Counted from the stretch's first letter, positions 11,821 through 24,482 are shown. The stretch: DNA of 64,000 nucleotides from Octopus sinensis (GCF_006345805.1 NC_043001.1:14818001-14882000); one strand, 5' to 3'. The notes: generated by a model from the letters alone, not told the origin. Made by a program: numbers and translations.

Positions 11821-12371
11821 AAATTGAGAAAAATTTGGCAAAAATGTTACTGGTGTTCAAAGTTTGATAATTTTCAGAATCTTCAGCCAATCAGAAAACA
11901 GCGTGTTCGCTGCCTCTTCCGTCATCTGTCACAGTAGTGAGAAGGTGGGGGCTGGCTTATCAAAACATTAGAAATAGCAATTATGGAACACTTGGTGGTT
12001 ACACTCCTTGTGTGTATACACAGCATCTTTGGTTAATATGGAAACGCGGTGATATGTAAAATACTCGCTTCTGATTGGCTAAAATACCCAAATTTTGCTA
12101 ATAACTTTTTAATTATAAATTCATAGAAAAAGTTATTTTCATTTTCATAATTAGTATACAAAACTTAATCCATATACCAAATTTGAAAATAATTGGAACA
12201 AAAAAGGAGATAGTAATTCAAACCACGGATATCCTAGATGAGCACTTGGGTTGATGTGATCAACTTACCCTGTAACCCAAAATTGCTGGCCTTGTGCCCA
12301 AATTTGAAATCAGTATTGTACTTCTTACTAATTCTCTCATCACTACTTTGACAAATACTGAGGTGGTATAA

Positions 12372-12603
12372 TAGGCGACAAGCTGGCAGAAACGTTAGCA
12401 CACCGGGTGAAATGCGTAGCCGTATTTTGTCTGCCATTACGTTCTGAGTTCAAATTCCGCCGAGGTTGACTTTGCCTTTCATCCTTTCAAGGTTGATAAG
12501 TTAAGAACCAGTTACGCACTGGGGCCGATATAATCGACTTAATCCGTTTGTCTGTCCTTGTTTGTCCCCTCTGTGTTTAGCCCCTTGTGGGTAGTAAAGA
12601 AAT
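12372..12603 (+). mobile_element. SINE-B (tail a)
   Basis: Family consensus; aggtggtata duplicated at 12361 and 12604. Confidence 0.88.
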
Positions 12604-13167
12604 AGGTGGTATAGTAAGAGTTTTCCTTGGGCTTGTATCCTCATATTTTTTCTTGTTTCTGTCATTGAACTGTGGCCATCCTGGGGCACCACCTTCAAGG
12701 GTTTTAGTCGAGCAAATTGACGCCTGTACTTTTATTTCTATTCTTAAGTTAGGTATTTATTCAATCGGTCTTTTACTGAACTGCCAAGTTACGGGGATGT
12801 AAAGAAACCAACACTGGTTATAAAACAGTGGGTGACAAACACAGACACACACACATGCACACACTCGCACACAGAGAGACACACTCGCACCCACCCCACC
12901 CCCACACAGACACACATGCAAGCACCTTCCCACACACACAAAACAGGCTTCCGCACAATTTCTGTCAACTTAATTCACTCCTAAGGCAGTAACTAATTGG
13001 CCCAGAGCTATAGAAGAAGACACTTGCCCATGGTGCCCTACGATGCGACAGAATCCAAACCCACATGGCTGCAAAATGATCTTCTTGACCACATAACCAT
13101 CCCTGCTTACCAAGATACTCAAAATAATATTTAGTTTTTCTTATCAGGTACTTTATGCTCACTATCA

Positions 13168-13385
13168 TGGCTGTTGCCAGCCTCACCTGGTACCTGTGCC
13201 AGTGGCACGTAAAAAGCACCCACTACACTCACGGAGTGGTTGGCGTTAGGAAGGGCATCCAGCTGTAGAAACACTACCAGATCAGATTGGAGCCTAGTGC
13301 AGCCTCCTGGCTTACCAGACCCTGGTCGAACTGTCCAACCCATGCTAGCATGGAAAATGGTCGTTAAAAGATGATGATGATGATG
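13168..13385 (+). mobile_element. RTE LINE 3' UTR fragment
   Basis: gtggttggcgttaggaagggcatccagctgtagaaac...catggaaaatggtcgttaaaagatgatg. Confidence 0.85.
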
Positions 13386-14357
13386 GTGACCACTCGGGAT
13401 GGCTAATAAAAGTCTTCCTCCCAATGATAGTTTACGTTTGTAGCTTGGTTAGAAGATTTTTAACTATATCCTATCATTCACAGGTTCCATATAATCAGAT
13501 TTCATCTCCCTGGCATTCTGCTCTAAATTTCTCCCAAGATGTACATCAGTTCTTTGTTGCACAAAGAGCTGTGAAAATTAATCAACTGGAATGGAAGAAA
13601 AAAATTCCTTCACAAACATTTTATTTGCCCTTTTTAGCCTATAGTCTTTCTTAAGTCGTATTTTTTATCACTTCTCCATCTACTTGCTATCCATTCACTC
13701 TTATTATCAAAAGACAGTGTTGTGGCACTACTGGTTATGGCCAGAGATGGGCTTCATCTCCTTAAAACGAAGATTAGGCAATCTCTTCAAACTTTTCAGG
13801 AGCTGCACTAGGTGGTGTCCAAGGAACAGCAGCCTCCGTTGTCACTTGTTGCTGTTCTTCTCTCTTCCTTTTAGCTTTTCAAGTTCTGGCCAGGAAACCT
13901 TAAAATGGTCTCTATTTCTGCATCCATTATCTGTCTGGACTTTCTGTCCTGAATGACCAATCATAAAACCAGACCTTTCATACAGCAACTACTATGTATT
14001 CACAGCCACGGAATCAAAGTAGCTGTCTTATAGGATGAAGAAGATATATATACCCATAAAGACACCCCACCTACCACATACTGCCATATCAGTGCTGTCT
14101 ACTTGTCCATAATGTGCTACAGAAGTGATCAAAAGTCATGGGTCAGTATCGTTACCAATATCATTTCCAGTAAGCTTTATGGTTTCTGGAACCCAAAGTC
14201 TATGGGAATATTCTATGGGCAAAAGTGGACGCCCTGAGTTTGTCAGTTCACACCATTCTCAGTTTTAAAAACTCAACATAGTGTGACATATGCTCTGCTT
14301 TGCTCAGTGTAGGAGATCTTCACACATCAGTTACGTTTGCTTCTGATTATTCTAGAG

Positions 14358-14574
14358 CAGTGGTTTTCAACCAGTTCTGCGGAACCTTAGGGTTCCGCCA
14401 GCACAGTCCAGGGGTTCCGCAAGGAGTTACAAAACTGCTAAAATCGGCAGTAATTTTTAATTCTCCTGTGCAGATATGTATTCATAAGACTATTAAATTA
14501 TTGCACAGGGGTTCCTCGAGCCAGTGGAATGTTTCCTTGGGGTTCCGCTCCAGCAAAAAGGTTGAAAAGTACTG
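14358..14574. mobile_element. hAT (Charlie-type) MITE
   Basis: TIRs CAGTGGTTTTCAACC / CAGTACTTTTCAACC; perfect 8-bp TSD ttctagag (NTCTAGAN) at 14350-14357 and 14575-14582. Confidence 0.92.
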
Positions 14575-15164
14575 TTCTAGAGAATACTAGAAAAGCTTTT
14601 GTAGCTGTAGCAATACAGGGATGGGTTATTTTCCTTTCCTCTCACCCCACATTGGCTTCGGGTAGAAAAGTACTTGTTTCTGTAATGCAATGCTGCCATG
14701 CGGCCTTTCGTTTAAATGTCCATATTCAAAACTAGTTTATTGACGTAATGGCTTCGAAATTCCTATCATTATTACATTTGACAAAGCTGTGTGTGAGAGT
14801 GTGTGTGCGTGTGTGTGGGTGTATGAATGGATAAATACTGTTTCTGTTGTTTTTACCAAACATATTGCTAGAACTGCTCTCAACGATAATTATTCTGCAG
14901 AGAATGTCAATAGTTTCTCTTTCCAAAGTGCATGGACTTAGCAGCAGAATGTTTGTTTGTTTCTCGCTTTGGTATTTACAATCTATGGAACTAAGTTCAC
15001 CTTTAATACGATTGTTTTGATGGGCGTTCTGTGTCACCATTTTATGCATGTATGTAAACAAGACAGAAAAAGTTAATGATTTGTTCAACGAGAAACATTT
15101 TTTCTTTCTGCCTGGGTTTTGTTTAAATACTCCCTGTACAAAAGTAATAATAACTACAATACTG

Positions 15165-15530
15165 ATGCTGTTGTTGTTGAGCGAACCGTCTTCGTCCCAG
15201 AGCTCGCAAGATGGGAGAAGTCCGAAACGTGGTCCTTTGCTATTCGTAAGACCCGCAGAAGAGACAGCAGGTCAACCCCCGACACCGAAAGCATCGACAG
15301 ATGGATGAATGTGCATCCAGGCTCAGCGGTTGCATAGGAAGTTGGGGACAAGAAACAGGAAGAAAGAGTGAGAGAAAGTTGGAGCAAAAGAGTACAACAG
15401 GGGGCGCCATCCCCTAGCCCCCTTCTACCGGAGCCTCGTGGAGCTTTAGGTGTTTTCGCTCAATAAACACACACAACGCCCGGTCTGGGAATCGAAACCG
15501 CAATCCTCCGACCGCGAGTCCACTGCCCTG
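15165..15530 (-). mobile_element. SINE-D with alternative tail b
   Basis: Head/body match 42380-42563; distinct 3' part ending in (CAA)n. Confidence 0.8.
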
Positions 15531-15544
15531 CTGCTGCTGCTGAT

Positions 15545-17830
15545 GATGATGTGGATGTAAGATCTGCTCTCAGTAAATCAAACAGATGGAAGTCTCCAGG
15601 AAAAGATAAAATTCCTAACTTCTGGTTGAATGCTTTCTCAGAAAGTCACGAATTGCTGACAAGACTTTACAATGTTTTGCAGCAACCTAATATGATGCCC
15701 TCTTGGTGTTACATTTCTACTTCCGAAAAATGAAGAAGCAAAAAAAACAAAAAATTTATAAACCCATAACCTGCTTAAAAACTGTATAGAACATACTAAC
15801 ATCTGTCTTGACTGAATACACTAAACACAGCACTAATAACTTTTTAATAGAAAGTGGTATCTTCCCTAATGAGCAAAAAGGATGTAAACGTGAGTTCTAT
15901 GGGAGTAAAGATCTGCTACTCATCAATAAGATGATCTTAGAAGATTATCACAAACAGCACAAGAACTTATCAATAACCTGGATAGACTATAAAAAATTTT
16001 TTGATAGTCTACCACATAGCTGGAAGTATGAGAGCATGGAAAACTACGCTGACTTTGAAAAGTGAGAATGAATCTTTCAATGCTGGAGATGTAAAAATAT
16101 CATGTGGCATTTTCCAGAGTGACTTTCTATTACCACTGCTCTTTTGTCTAGCCTTAATACCTCTTTGGAAATTGCTTGATGAAGTACGGTGAGGCTATAA
16201 AATTTTTGATAAAAATATAAATCATCTCTTTTATATGGATGATTTAAAGCTCTTTTATATGGATGATTTAAAGCTCTTTGCAAAAAACGGCTAGCAACCA
16301 CAGGGCTTACAGATAAATGTGCAAAAGCTTCATTGGTCAGTTAAAGTTGAGACAGTGTCATGTGACAACTTGCTGGGGCTGCCTGCTGGAGCCTAGTGGC
16401 AGGTACTTAAAGGGAAAAAATTTGACAAGGCAATCAGTCGCCTGCTGACACTCAATGCTACATCGAAGAGGCCAGGGAACAGAAGAAAGAAGACATGCAC
16501 CCAACACCAGAGCTGAAGACACCTCCGAAAGTGGGGGCCCCGCCACGTCAAAATGGTAGAGGAGTAGGGGCTGAAACTGGATGTGGTTCCTCCTGATGAT
16601 GTCTTGAGCTAACTGGATCCTATAAAGGAGCTGTTGTGATAGCAGACCACGAAACACGGTTGTAATTCCTTTTCTTTATCAGAGAGAAAATGATAGAAAT
16701 ATCCAATGTTAAGTTGACCAACAGAATGTTATAAAGGAGTTAGAAACAGAGGAGGGCTACAAATACCTAGGGGTATTTGAAGGTGATGGAATCAAACATT
16801 CAATGATGAAAGAAAAGATCAGAAAAGAATATTATTGCAGGGTAAGGGCAATACTCGACAGAGCTGAATGAAAGAAATAGGATTGAAACGATCAATACTT
16901 TAGCAAATACCGGTCGCGACTGGTCATTTACTGAAATCTGTAATCTTGACAGAAAAATACGAAAATTGTCGACAATGCATAGAGTGATCCACCCAAAGGC
17001 AGACGTAGAATGACTTTACTTGCCAAGAAAAGAGGGTGACCATGGAATTTTACAACTGGAATTGACAATAAAGATTGTCACAATTGACTAAACATTCACC
17101 TGAAAACTCTGATGACTGGATGTTAAAACTTGTCTTAAAGCATGAAAACAAGAAAACCTCATACTCAGTAACAAAACAGGCAAAGAAATATCTAAGTGAA
17201 TTCCAAATACAACAAATCCCAGAATTAGATGTACTGGAAACAAGCTCAGAAAAAGCAAAGCATATGAAAACCTGTGCTAAAACTACCGCCTTAGATATCC
17301 TTACTGATAAATGGCAAAAAAACGTCTCAATGGTAATTACCCAAAGAGAGCTAATATATTTCTTTACTGCCCACAAAGGGCTAAACATAGAGGGGACAAA
17401 CAAGGACAGACAAAGGGATTAAGTTGATTACATCGACCACAGTGCGAAACTGGTACTTAATTTATCGACCCCGAAAGGATGAAAGGCAAAGTTGACCTCG
17501 GCGGAATTTGAACTCAGAACGCAGTGGCGGACGAAATACCGCTAAGTATTTCACCCGGCGCACTAATGTTTCTGCCAGCTCACCGCCTTAGAGAGCTAAT
17601 GATGCTGATGTTGACAAAGCCTTTACCCATCAATGGTTAGCATCTTCTTGGCATAAAATCAGACAGCTCAAGATCATTGCCTGCCCATAAGAAGCTACCA
17701 GGCCAACATCTTAAAGAAGAGCAGTAGTCCAACATGTCGTGTATCTAAACAACAAAAGGAAACCATTGATTATGTTGTCTCCATATGCGGCCTTCTTGCG
17801 CCTATGGAGTATCTCAACAGGCATGATAGA
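15545..17830 (+). pseudogene. Decayed R4/Dong-type non-LTR element (RT to zinc knuckle)
   Basis: WKSPGKDKIPNFW, EQKGCK, WIDYKK.FDS.PHSW, GIFQ.D, HLFYMDDLK, GYKYLG, CRV...ETID.VVS.C...EYLNRHD; many stops, frameshifts and insertions. Confidence 0.88.
17356..17589 (-). mobile_element. SINE-B inserted in the Dong relic
   Basis: 11-bp TSD agagagctaat at 17345-17355 and 17590-17600. Confidence 0.92.
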
Positions 17831-17875
17831 GCATTTTACCTGGTATGCTAACGATTCTGCCAGCTCACCACCTTC

Positions 17876-18330
17876 ATCATCATCGTTTAACGTCCGCTTT
17901 CCATGCTCGCATGGGTTGGACGGTTTGACTGAGGGCTGGCAAACCAGATGGCTGCACCAGGCTCCAATCTTGATCTGGCAGAGTTTCTACACCTGGATGC
18001 CCCTCCTAATGCCAACCACTCCAAGAGTGTAGTGGATGCTTTTACGTGCCACCGGCATGGGGGCCAATCAGGCGGTACTGGCAACAACCTCACTCAAATC
18101 TTTTTACACATGCCACTGGCACAGGTGCCAGTAAGGCGATGCTGGTAACAATCATGCTCAAATGGTGCCTTTTACGTGCCACTGGCACGGAGGCCAGATA
18201 GCCGCTCTGGCAACGATCATGCTCAGATGGTGCTTTTAGCAACCTACTAGCACGAGGCACAAGTGCCAGTAAGGCGACACTGATAACGATCACCCTCGAA
18301 TGGTGCCTTTTATGTGCCACTGGCACGGAA
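17876..18330 (-). mobile_element. RTE 3' UTR fragment with minisatellite units
   Basis: (CAT)n, gtttaacgtccgctttccatgct..., repeated gtgccactggcac units. Confidence 0.85.
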
Positions 18331-18579
18331 TAACAACAATGATAATGATGGACTCAGCTTTTGCTGAATGACCAGTACAAATGATTTGTTCATAGTGGTC
18401 AAATGTATGTTCCATACATTAGCTCACTCCCTTCATCCAATCGACGTTGTCTGAACAGGTTTCAGTATTTGACTGGTACATTATTTTTATGGAACCCCGT
18501 GAAAGGATAAAAGGGAAAGGTGACTTAGACGGAAATAAAGATTTAAAAAAGAAACGCTGTTAAACACTTTTGTTCTTCA

Positions 18580-18971
18580 TACTCTTCTCTTTTACTGGTT
18601 TCAGTCATTTGGCTGCGGCCATGCTGGAGCACCGCCTTTAGTCGAGCAAATTGACCCCAGGATTTATTCTCTGTAAACCTAGTACTTATTCTATCAGCCT
18701 CTTTTGCCAAACCGCTAAGTTACGGGGACATAAACACACCAGCATCGGTTGTCAAGCGATGCTGGGGGGACAAGCATACATGCACACACATATATATATA
18801 CATATATACGACAGGCTTCTTTCAGTTTCTGTCTACCAAATCCACTCACAAGGCATTGGTAGGCCCGAGGCTATAGTAGAAGACACTTGCCCAAGGTGCC
18901 ACGCAGTGGGACTGAACCCAGAACCATGTGGTTCATAAGCAAGCTACTTACCACACAGCCACTCCTGCACC
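18580..18971 (-). mobile_element. SINE-A full length
   Basis: Family consensus. Confidence 0.88.
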
Positions 18972-18999
18972 ATGCTAACGATTTGTCTTGCTCACCACC

Positions 19000-19230
19000 A
19001 AAATATGGGCAAAAGATATTTAGATATAGTGTAATAGTTTGTGATTTTTTTACAGTTAGTACAGATGTAACAATTCAAGCAAACAGACCAAATGTCAGCA
19101 GTAAGGACATGGAATATAAAAAGCTGCAAATTAAGTGATATTAGTATTTTCCAACAAGATAAAACGTATCAGTGAAAGAATTTTACATATGTTAACCAAG
19201 TGCAAAGAATTAGAGATAAAGTCTAAAAAA
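19000..19230 (+). pseudogene. Old R4/Dong endonuclease-region fragment
   Basis: TDVTIQANRPNVSSKD...NVSVKEF...KCKELEIK resembles the restriction-like endonuclease region also seen at 53480-53745. Confidence 0.65.
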
Positions 19231-19616
19231 TTTAGGTCATCATCATCACCATCATTATTATCATCGTTATTTAATGTATGTTTTCCATGTTGGCATTGAT
19301 GGGATGGTTTAATATTAATTGCTTAGCCAGAAGGCTGCACCAAATTCCACTGACTGCTTTGGTATAGTTTCTATAGCAGGATGCTCTTCTTAATACCAGC
19401 TACTTTATAGACTGTACAGGGTGCTTTTTATGTAGTATTGGCACTAACCATATAACTTGCAAGACATCGGAGTGGGAAGGTTGTATTGAGAGAGGTGGAT
19501 CTATAACAGATGAAGAGTGGTTAATGTATAATAGGAGGGCAATTCCTGTTGCAGGGAAGATATGGGGTAGCCATCATAGGGACCTTATGTATGAAATGAA
19601 AGCAAAAATGAATATG

Positions 19617-19781
19617 GGTGTAGGAGTGGCTGTGTGGTAAGTAGCTTGCTTACCAACCACATGGTTCCAGGCTCAGTCCCACTGCATGGCATCTTGGGCA
19701 AGTGTCTTCTACTATAGCCTCAGGCCAACCAAAGCCTTGTGAGTGGATTTGGTAGATGGAAACTGAAAGAAGCCTGTCATA

Positions 19782-19823
<42 letters not shown>

Positions 19824-20050
19824 TATGTGTGTGTATATGTTTGTGTGTCAGTATTTGTCACTCAACATCGCTTGACAACCGATGCTGGTGTGTTTATGTT
19901 CCCGTAACTTAGCGGTTCAGCAAAAGAGACTGATAGAATAAGTACTAGGCTTACAAAAAATAAGTCCTGGGGTTGATTTGCTCGACTAAAGGTGGTGCTC
20001 CAGCATGGCCACGGTCACATGACTGAAACAAGTAAAAAAGAATAAAAGAG
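19617..20050 (+). mobile_element. SINE-A full length
   Basis: Family consensus. Confidence 0.9.
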
Positions 20051-20689
20051 AATGGGAAACATCATAGCAACATCCCAGGAGAACCATCTCTCATAGAAGT
20101 TTATAAAAATAGTATTGACTTTCCACTGCACACATGCTACAAAGAACCTTCTCATTTTAAACATGAGTTACAAAGTGCCTGGAAATTAATTGCTTCCAAT
20201 TTAGGCACAAAACGAGAAATTTGACTGGGGTGGGGGTCAATCAATTAGATCAACTCTAATACAAAGATTGCTAAATCAGCATCTTATTCTATCGACCCTG
20301 GAGGGATAGGAGTTAACTTTGGCAGAATTTAGATTCAAAGTAACACAGCAAAGTATGTTTTCTAATGTTGTAACAATTCAGCTGGCTCATTGCCCCAGAG
20401 TACCTCTAAATTACTGGCAAATGCCTTAAAAGGTATATCACACTAAAAAGCATATCACAGTAATTCCTTACTTAATTTAAATCATATTTTATACACCTTT
20501 ATACTTCATATATAGTCAACCCTAAGATACATATACGTATGATGTATATGATGTATAAAGCAAATATTTCTTCCAGTAAAAAATGTGAATTTCTATGGCA
20601 CTTCTTACGCAGGTAGCAGAAAGTAGCAACTCTCTTAGTTACATTCTCTGGTCCCACACGACTGATAACAGCTTGGCAAGCAATTATAT

Positions 20690-21149
20690 AAATCCCATGA
20701 AGGAGATAACGGTTATAACAGTTATAACGGTGGTGTTGATGGTAGTGGTGATGGTAGTGGTGATGATTATGATGATGATGATGAGGAGGAGGAAGCAGAC
20801 TATGATGACAATAATAAGGATTATTATGACGATGATGATAATGATGATGATGATCGAGATCATGATGATGACGACGATAATAATGATTATTATGACGATG
20901 ACGAAGATGATGATGATGATGATGAGGAGGAGGAGGAAGTGGACTATGACGACAATAGTAATGATTATCATGACGACGATGATAATGATGATGATGATCA
21001 AGATCATGATGATCATGATGATGACGACGATGATAATGATGATGATGATGAAGAGGAGGAGGAAGTGGACTATGATGAGAATAATAATGATTATAATGAG
21101 GATGACGATAATGATGATGATCATGATCATGATGATGATGATGATGACA

Positions 21150-21180
<31 letters not shown>

Positions 21181-21300
21181 CAATGATGAAAACGACAACA
21201 AAGTTGACAATGATAATGATGATGATGATGGTGGTGGTGGTAGTGATGATGATAGTTGTGGTGGTGGTGGTGGTGGTGGTAGTGGTGGTGTTGTTGGGTG
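20690..21300. repeat. Compound (GAT/GAC/GAG/GGT)n with ~120-bp higher-order repeat
   Basis: gaggaggaag(t/c)(g/a)gactatga block at ~20785, ~20930, ~21055. Confidence 0.9.
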
Positions 21301-21489
21301 TGGAAGCAATGGTAAGGATTTCTTCTCGGCAATACCTATTTTTGACACAAGGAACAAAAATTAATTAAACATAATCATAACATTTCCATTGGAGTTTGTT
21401 TTACTTATTCCTGGAAAAATGGGAAAAAAAAGTAGAAAAATAAAATGACCAACTTTGGATGCATTTGAACTCAGAGCATTTATATAAAT

Positions 21490-21830
21490 GGTATCAGGAC
21501 AAAATCCCTACTGAGGACAAAATCCACCCACCATCCCGACAAATTTTACTCAAAAACATCAAAAATAAATATTAAAATTTTTAAATAAAATTTCACTTCC
21601 CCAAAATATTTTTATTGTAAAGAAAGAAAAATATCCTGGGAGATATTGACTGCCAGGGGATTTTGTTCAGTGGGGATTTTTCCAGGGGGGGGGGGTGATT
21701 TTGTCCAGGGGGTGTTTTGTCCTTGGAGGATTTTGTCCAGGAGGGATTTTGTAATCGAGGGTATTTTGTCCAGGGAGTTTTTGCCCTCAGGGGTATTTTG
21801 TCCAGGGGGTATTTTAGTTATCAGGCCATT
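21490..21830. repeat. GG(G/A)TTTTGTCC motif array, probable DNA-transposon subterminal relic
   Basis: ggacaaaatcc x2 on the left; about 7 inverted copies at 21655-21815. Confidence 0.5.
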
Positions 21831-22584
21831 GAAAAAAATGCTATGAAAATGACCATTAAAACAAAGGGGAATTACTGTGTGATTGACTGTTATTAAGACA
21901 AAAGAGCTATTAGAATGACCGCAAAGTAAGGGCATGGAATAAAGGTAAGGGAATAAAAATGTTCATAGTAATTGTGTAAGTGTGCATGTCTATACATACA
22001 CATGTGCGCCCACACACCCACGTACATGTGCCTATATGTATATACTCATCCACCCTCACTTGAAACACACATATGCTCACCCACACATTCGCCAAAAGAT
22101 ATATACATACCTGCATAGACGCTCGCACACACACCCATGTGCACAAAAAAGGTTCATACACACATCTATATATGCACATGCACAAAAAAAACAGGGCTAA
22201 AAGCAAAATACAGAAAAATGTGTAAAAAAATAAGCAATAAGAGTAAAACATGTCTATAAATGCACATACTCACATGCACCCACACACACATGGCTATACA
22301 TGCACATACCCGCACACAAGCACCCATCCACACGTGTGCACAAAAAATTCCATATACCTATCTATATATGCACAGGAAAAATGCAGGGTGGAAGGTAGAA
22401 TACAGAAAAAATGTGTAAAAAATATATGAGCAATAAAACTATAAAATATCTCTATGAATATGTAAAAAAAATATATAAAAAATATATAAGAAATATAAGT
22501 AAAAAGTATAGAGAGATAAAAAGCCTGTATGTGGATACAATATAGAAAGCAAGTCCTATCTGTAGTCTTGGGGGACAAAAAATA

Positions 22585-22770
22585 TAACAAATATTTAGCC
22601 ATGTATGGACATGATCTGAAAAGTTCAGTTCTCGAATTTAGACATGTGGTGGAGTCTAAGCTGCTTTTCCAGATGAGCCATCTTTCCATGTCACAAAGAC
22701 CACACTTTTCACTGCCGTTGGTGTAGGGCTTACACTTGGCTAAGATCTTCCAATGGATCTTGTAACTGAT
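22585..22770 (-). pseudogene. Penelope-like element GIY-YIG C-terminal fragment
   Basis: IHWKILAKCKPYTNGSEKCGLCDMERWLI...LNSRTELFRSCPYMAKYLL matches the PLE C-terminal W.I...PY...C.LC..E...LN.R.EL..C.H pattern. Confidence 0.75.
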
Positions 22771-22841
22771 GCACACACACGCACACACACACACACACAC
22801 ACCACACACACACAGATATATAGATATATATGTGTATATTA

Positions 22842-22984
22842 AGGGATAAACTACTAGGTGGATAACCATACGCTAGAAGAAGATCACATACAATCTAACT
22901 ACAAAGAAAAAATGTTCTCCAGAGTAGTTAGATCGTATGTGATCTTCTTCTAGCGTATGGTTATCCACCTAGTGGTTTATCCCT
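22842..22984. repeat. 61-bp inverted repeat, 21-nt loop
   Basis: Arms 22842-22902 and 22924-22984, 2 mismatches. Confidence 0.95.
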
Positions 22985-23216
22985 AAATATACACATGCAT
23001 TGAAATTTTTTCTGATTTTTCAGATTTTTTATACGCTAGGCTACTGGTTTTAAATTGGTATTAATTAAATTAATATTCAATTTATCTCCCTCGTTATTTA
23101 ATATATATATATATATCATCATCATCATCATCATCATTTAGCGTCCGTTTTCCATGCTAGCATGGGTTGGACGGTTCAACTGGGGTCTGGGGAGCCCGAA
23201 GGCTGCACCAGGCCAG

Positions 23217-23256
<40 letters not shown>

Positions 23257-23543
23257 TAAAGAGAGTTAGCAGTTATAATAACCGACTAAGGGATAAAATA
23301 TCTGAATGTACTATTGGTATCCGTGTTATCTGCGTTATCCCCTGGCATTGGTGTGCAGGTGTGTGGAGTGCAGGTAAGAACAGGATAAACAAGAGTTTAT
23401 CAGGAAACAAATACAAATAATCAGAAAAGATTAACAAATGCATCGATTGGACCACATTTATAAGCTTATTTTTTAATACAAAGCATAACATAAGAAATAG
23501 GTTTACATCAACTATTTGTTGTATTGTGCTTTGTATAAAAAAA

Positions 23544-23928
23544 CTAGCAGTATCGCCCGGCGTTGCTCAGGTTTGTAAGGGAAATAACTATAAAGCATTT
23601 TTAGAGAGTTATAGCCAAAAAATAGCAAAAAAATGGAAAAAAATGATGGTAAATTTTTTTTTTTTAAAAAGGTGGAGTTGCGTCCCCTAGACAGTTTGCG
23701 GTTTGTGTTTCTGATTCTCGACCCCATGTCGAATTTATCGATTTTTTTCAGAACTGGGGGAACTTTACAAAATTTTCGCTGCGTTAGTTTTGAATTATGA
23801 CATTGGGCTATGTGTGTGTCAAGTTTCATTAGAATCGGTTGAAAGCCGTGGTCAGGGTGAGGGTACAAGCTAACAGACACACAGAAACACGCACAGACAA
23901 ACTGCCGTTTATATATAGAGAGAAGAGA
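23544..23928 (-). mobile_element. Non-autonomous Helitron
   Basis: Minus strand A|TC...cctgagcaacgccggg hairpin...CTAG|T. Confidence 0.75.
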
Positions 23929-24022
23929 TAAGCTATAAATGTGGTCCAGTCGATGCGTTTATTAATCTGAGGTTTTCTCCACTTTCTGCTTATCTATTTA
24001 TAACACACACATATATATATAT

Positions 24023-24310
24023 GTGGAGGCGCAATGGCAGTTGTAGAATTGCAGTTTCGATTCCAGACCGGGCGTTGTGAGTGTTTATTGAGCGAAAACA
24101 CCTAAAGTTCCATGAGGCTCCAGCAGGGGGTGGTGGCGATCCCTGCTGTACTCATTCGCCACAATTTTCTCTCACTCTTTCTTCTGTTAGGCCTGCTCGC
24201 TTAGCCAGCGGGGTGGCGTCATTTGAAGGCTAAAACAATGCGAAGTGCATTGTGACCAGCGATGTGTAGCAACATCTGATAGCCTGGTCGGTCACACTGA
24301 TCACGGTGAT
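24023..24310 (+). mobile_element. SINE-D, internally deleted head, tail c
   Basis: gtggaggcgcaatggc...gtttcgattccagaccgggcg body; unique 3' part. Confidence 0.78.
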
Positions 24311-24482
24311 ATATATAAATCATATGCATATATATATCATATGCATATATATGAATATGAATATAAATATTGTATATATGCATGTATATATATTACTGTT
24401 CTTATTGTAAATCATGTCTATTGTCCAGAAATGACCTTCTCAGCAACTCTTTCTATCTTGGTGTGAAGTATGTATATATATT

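Noticed and set aside
19055-19105. Apparent small host exon (tttttttacag...gca|gtaagg)
   Set aside because: Translation matches the Dong endonuclease region (TD.TI.ANRP), so TE-derived
20499-21368. 277-aa His-rich, 257-aa Met-rich and 141-aa Asp-rich ORFs
   Set aside because: All are frames of one (GAT)n-type tract; no splice or codon evidence
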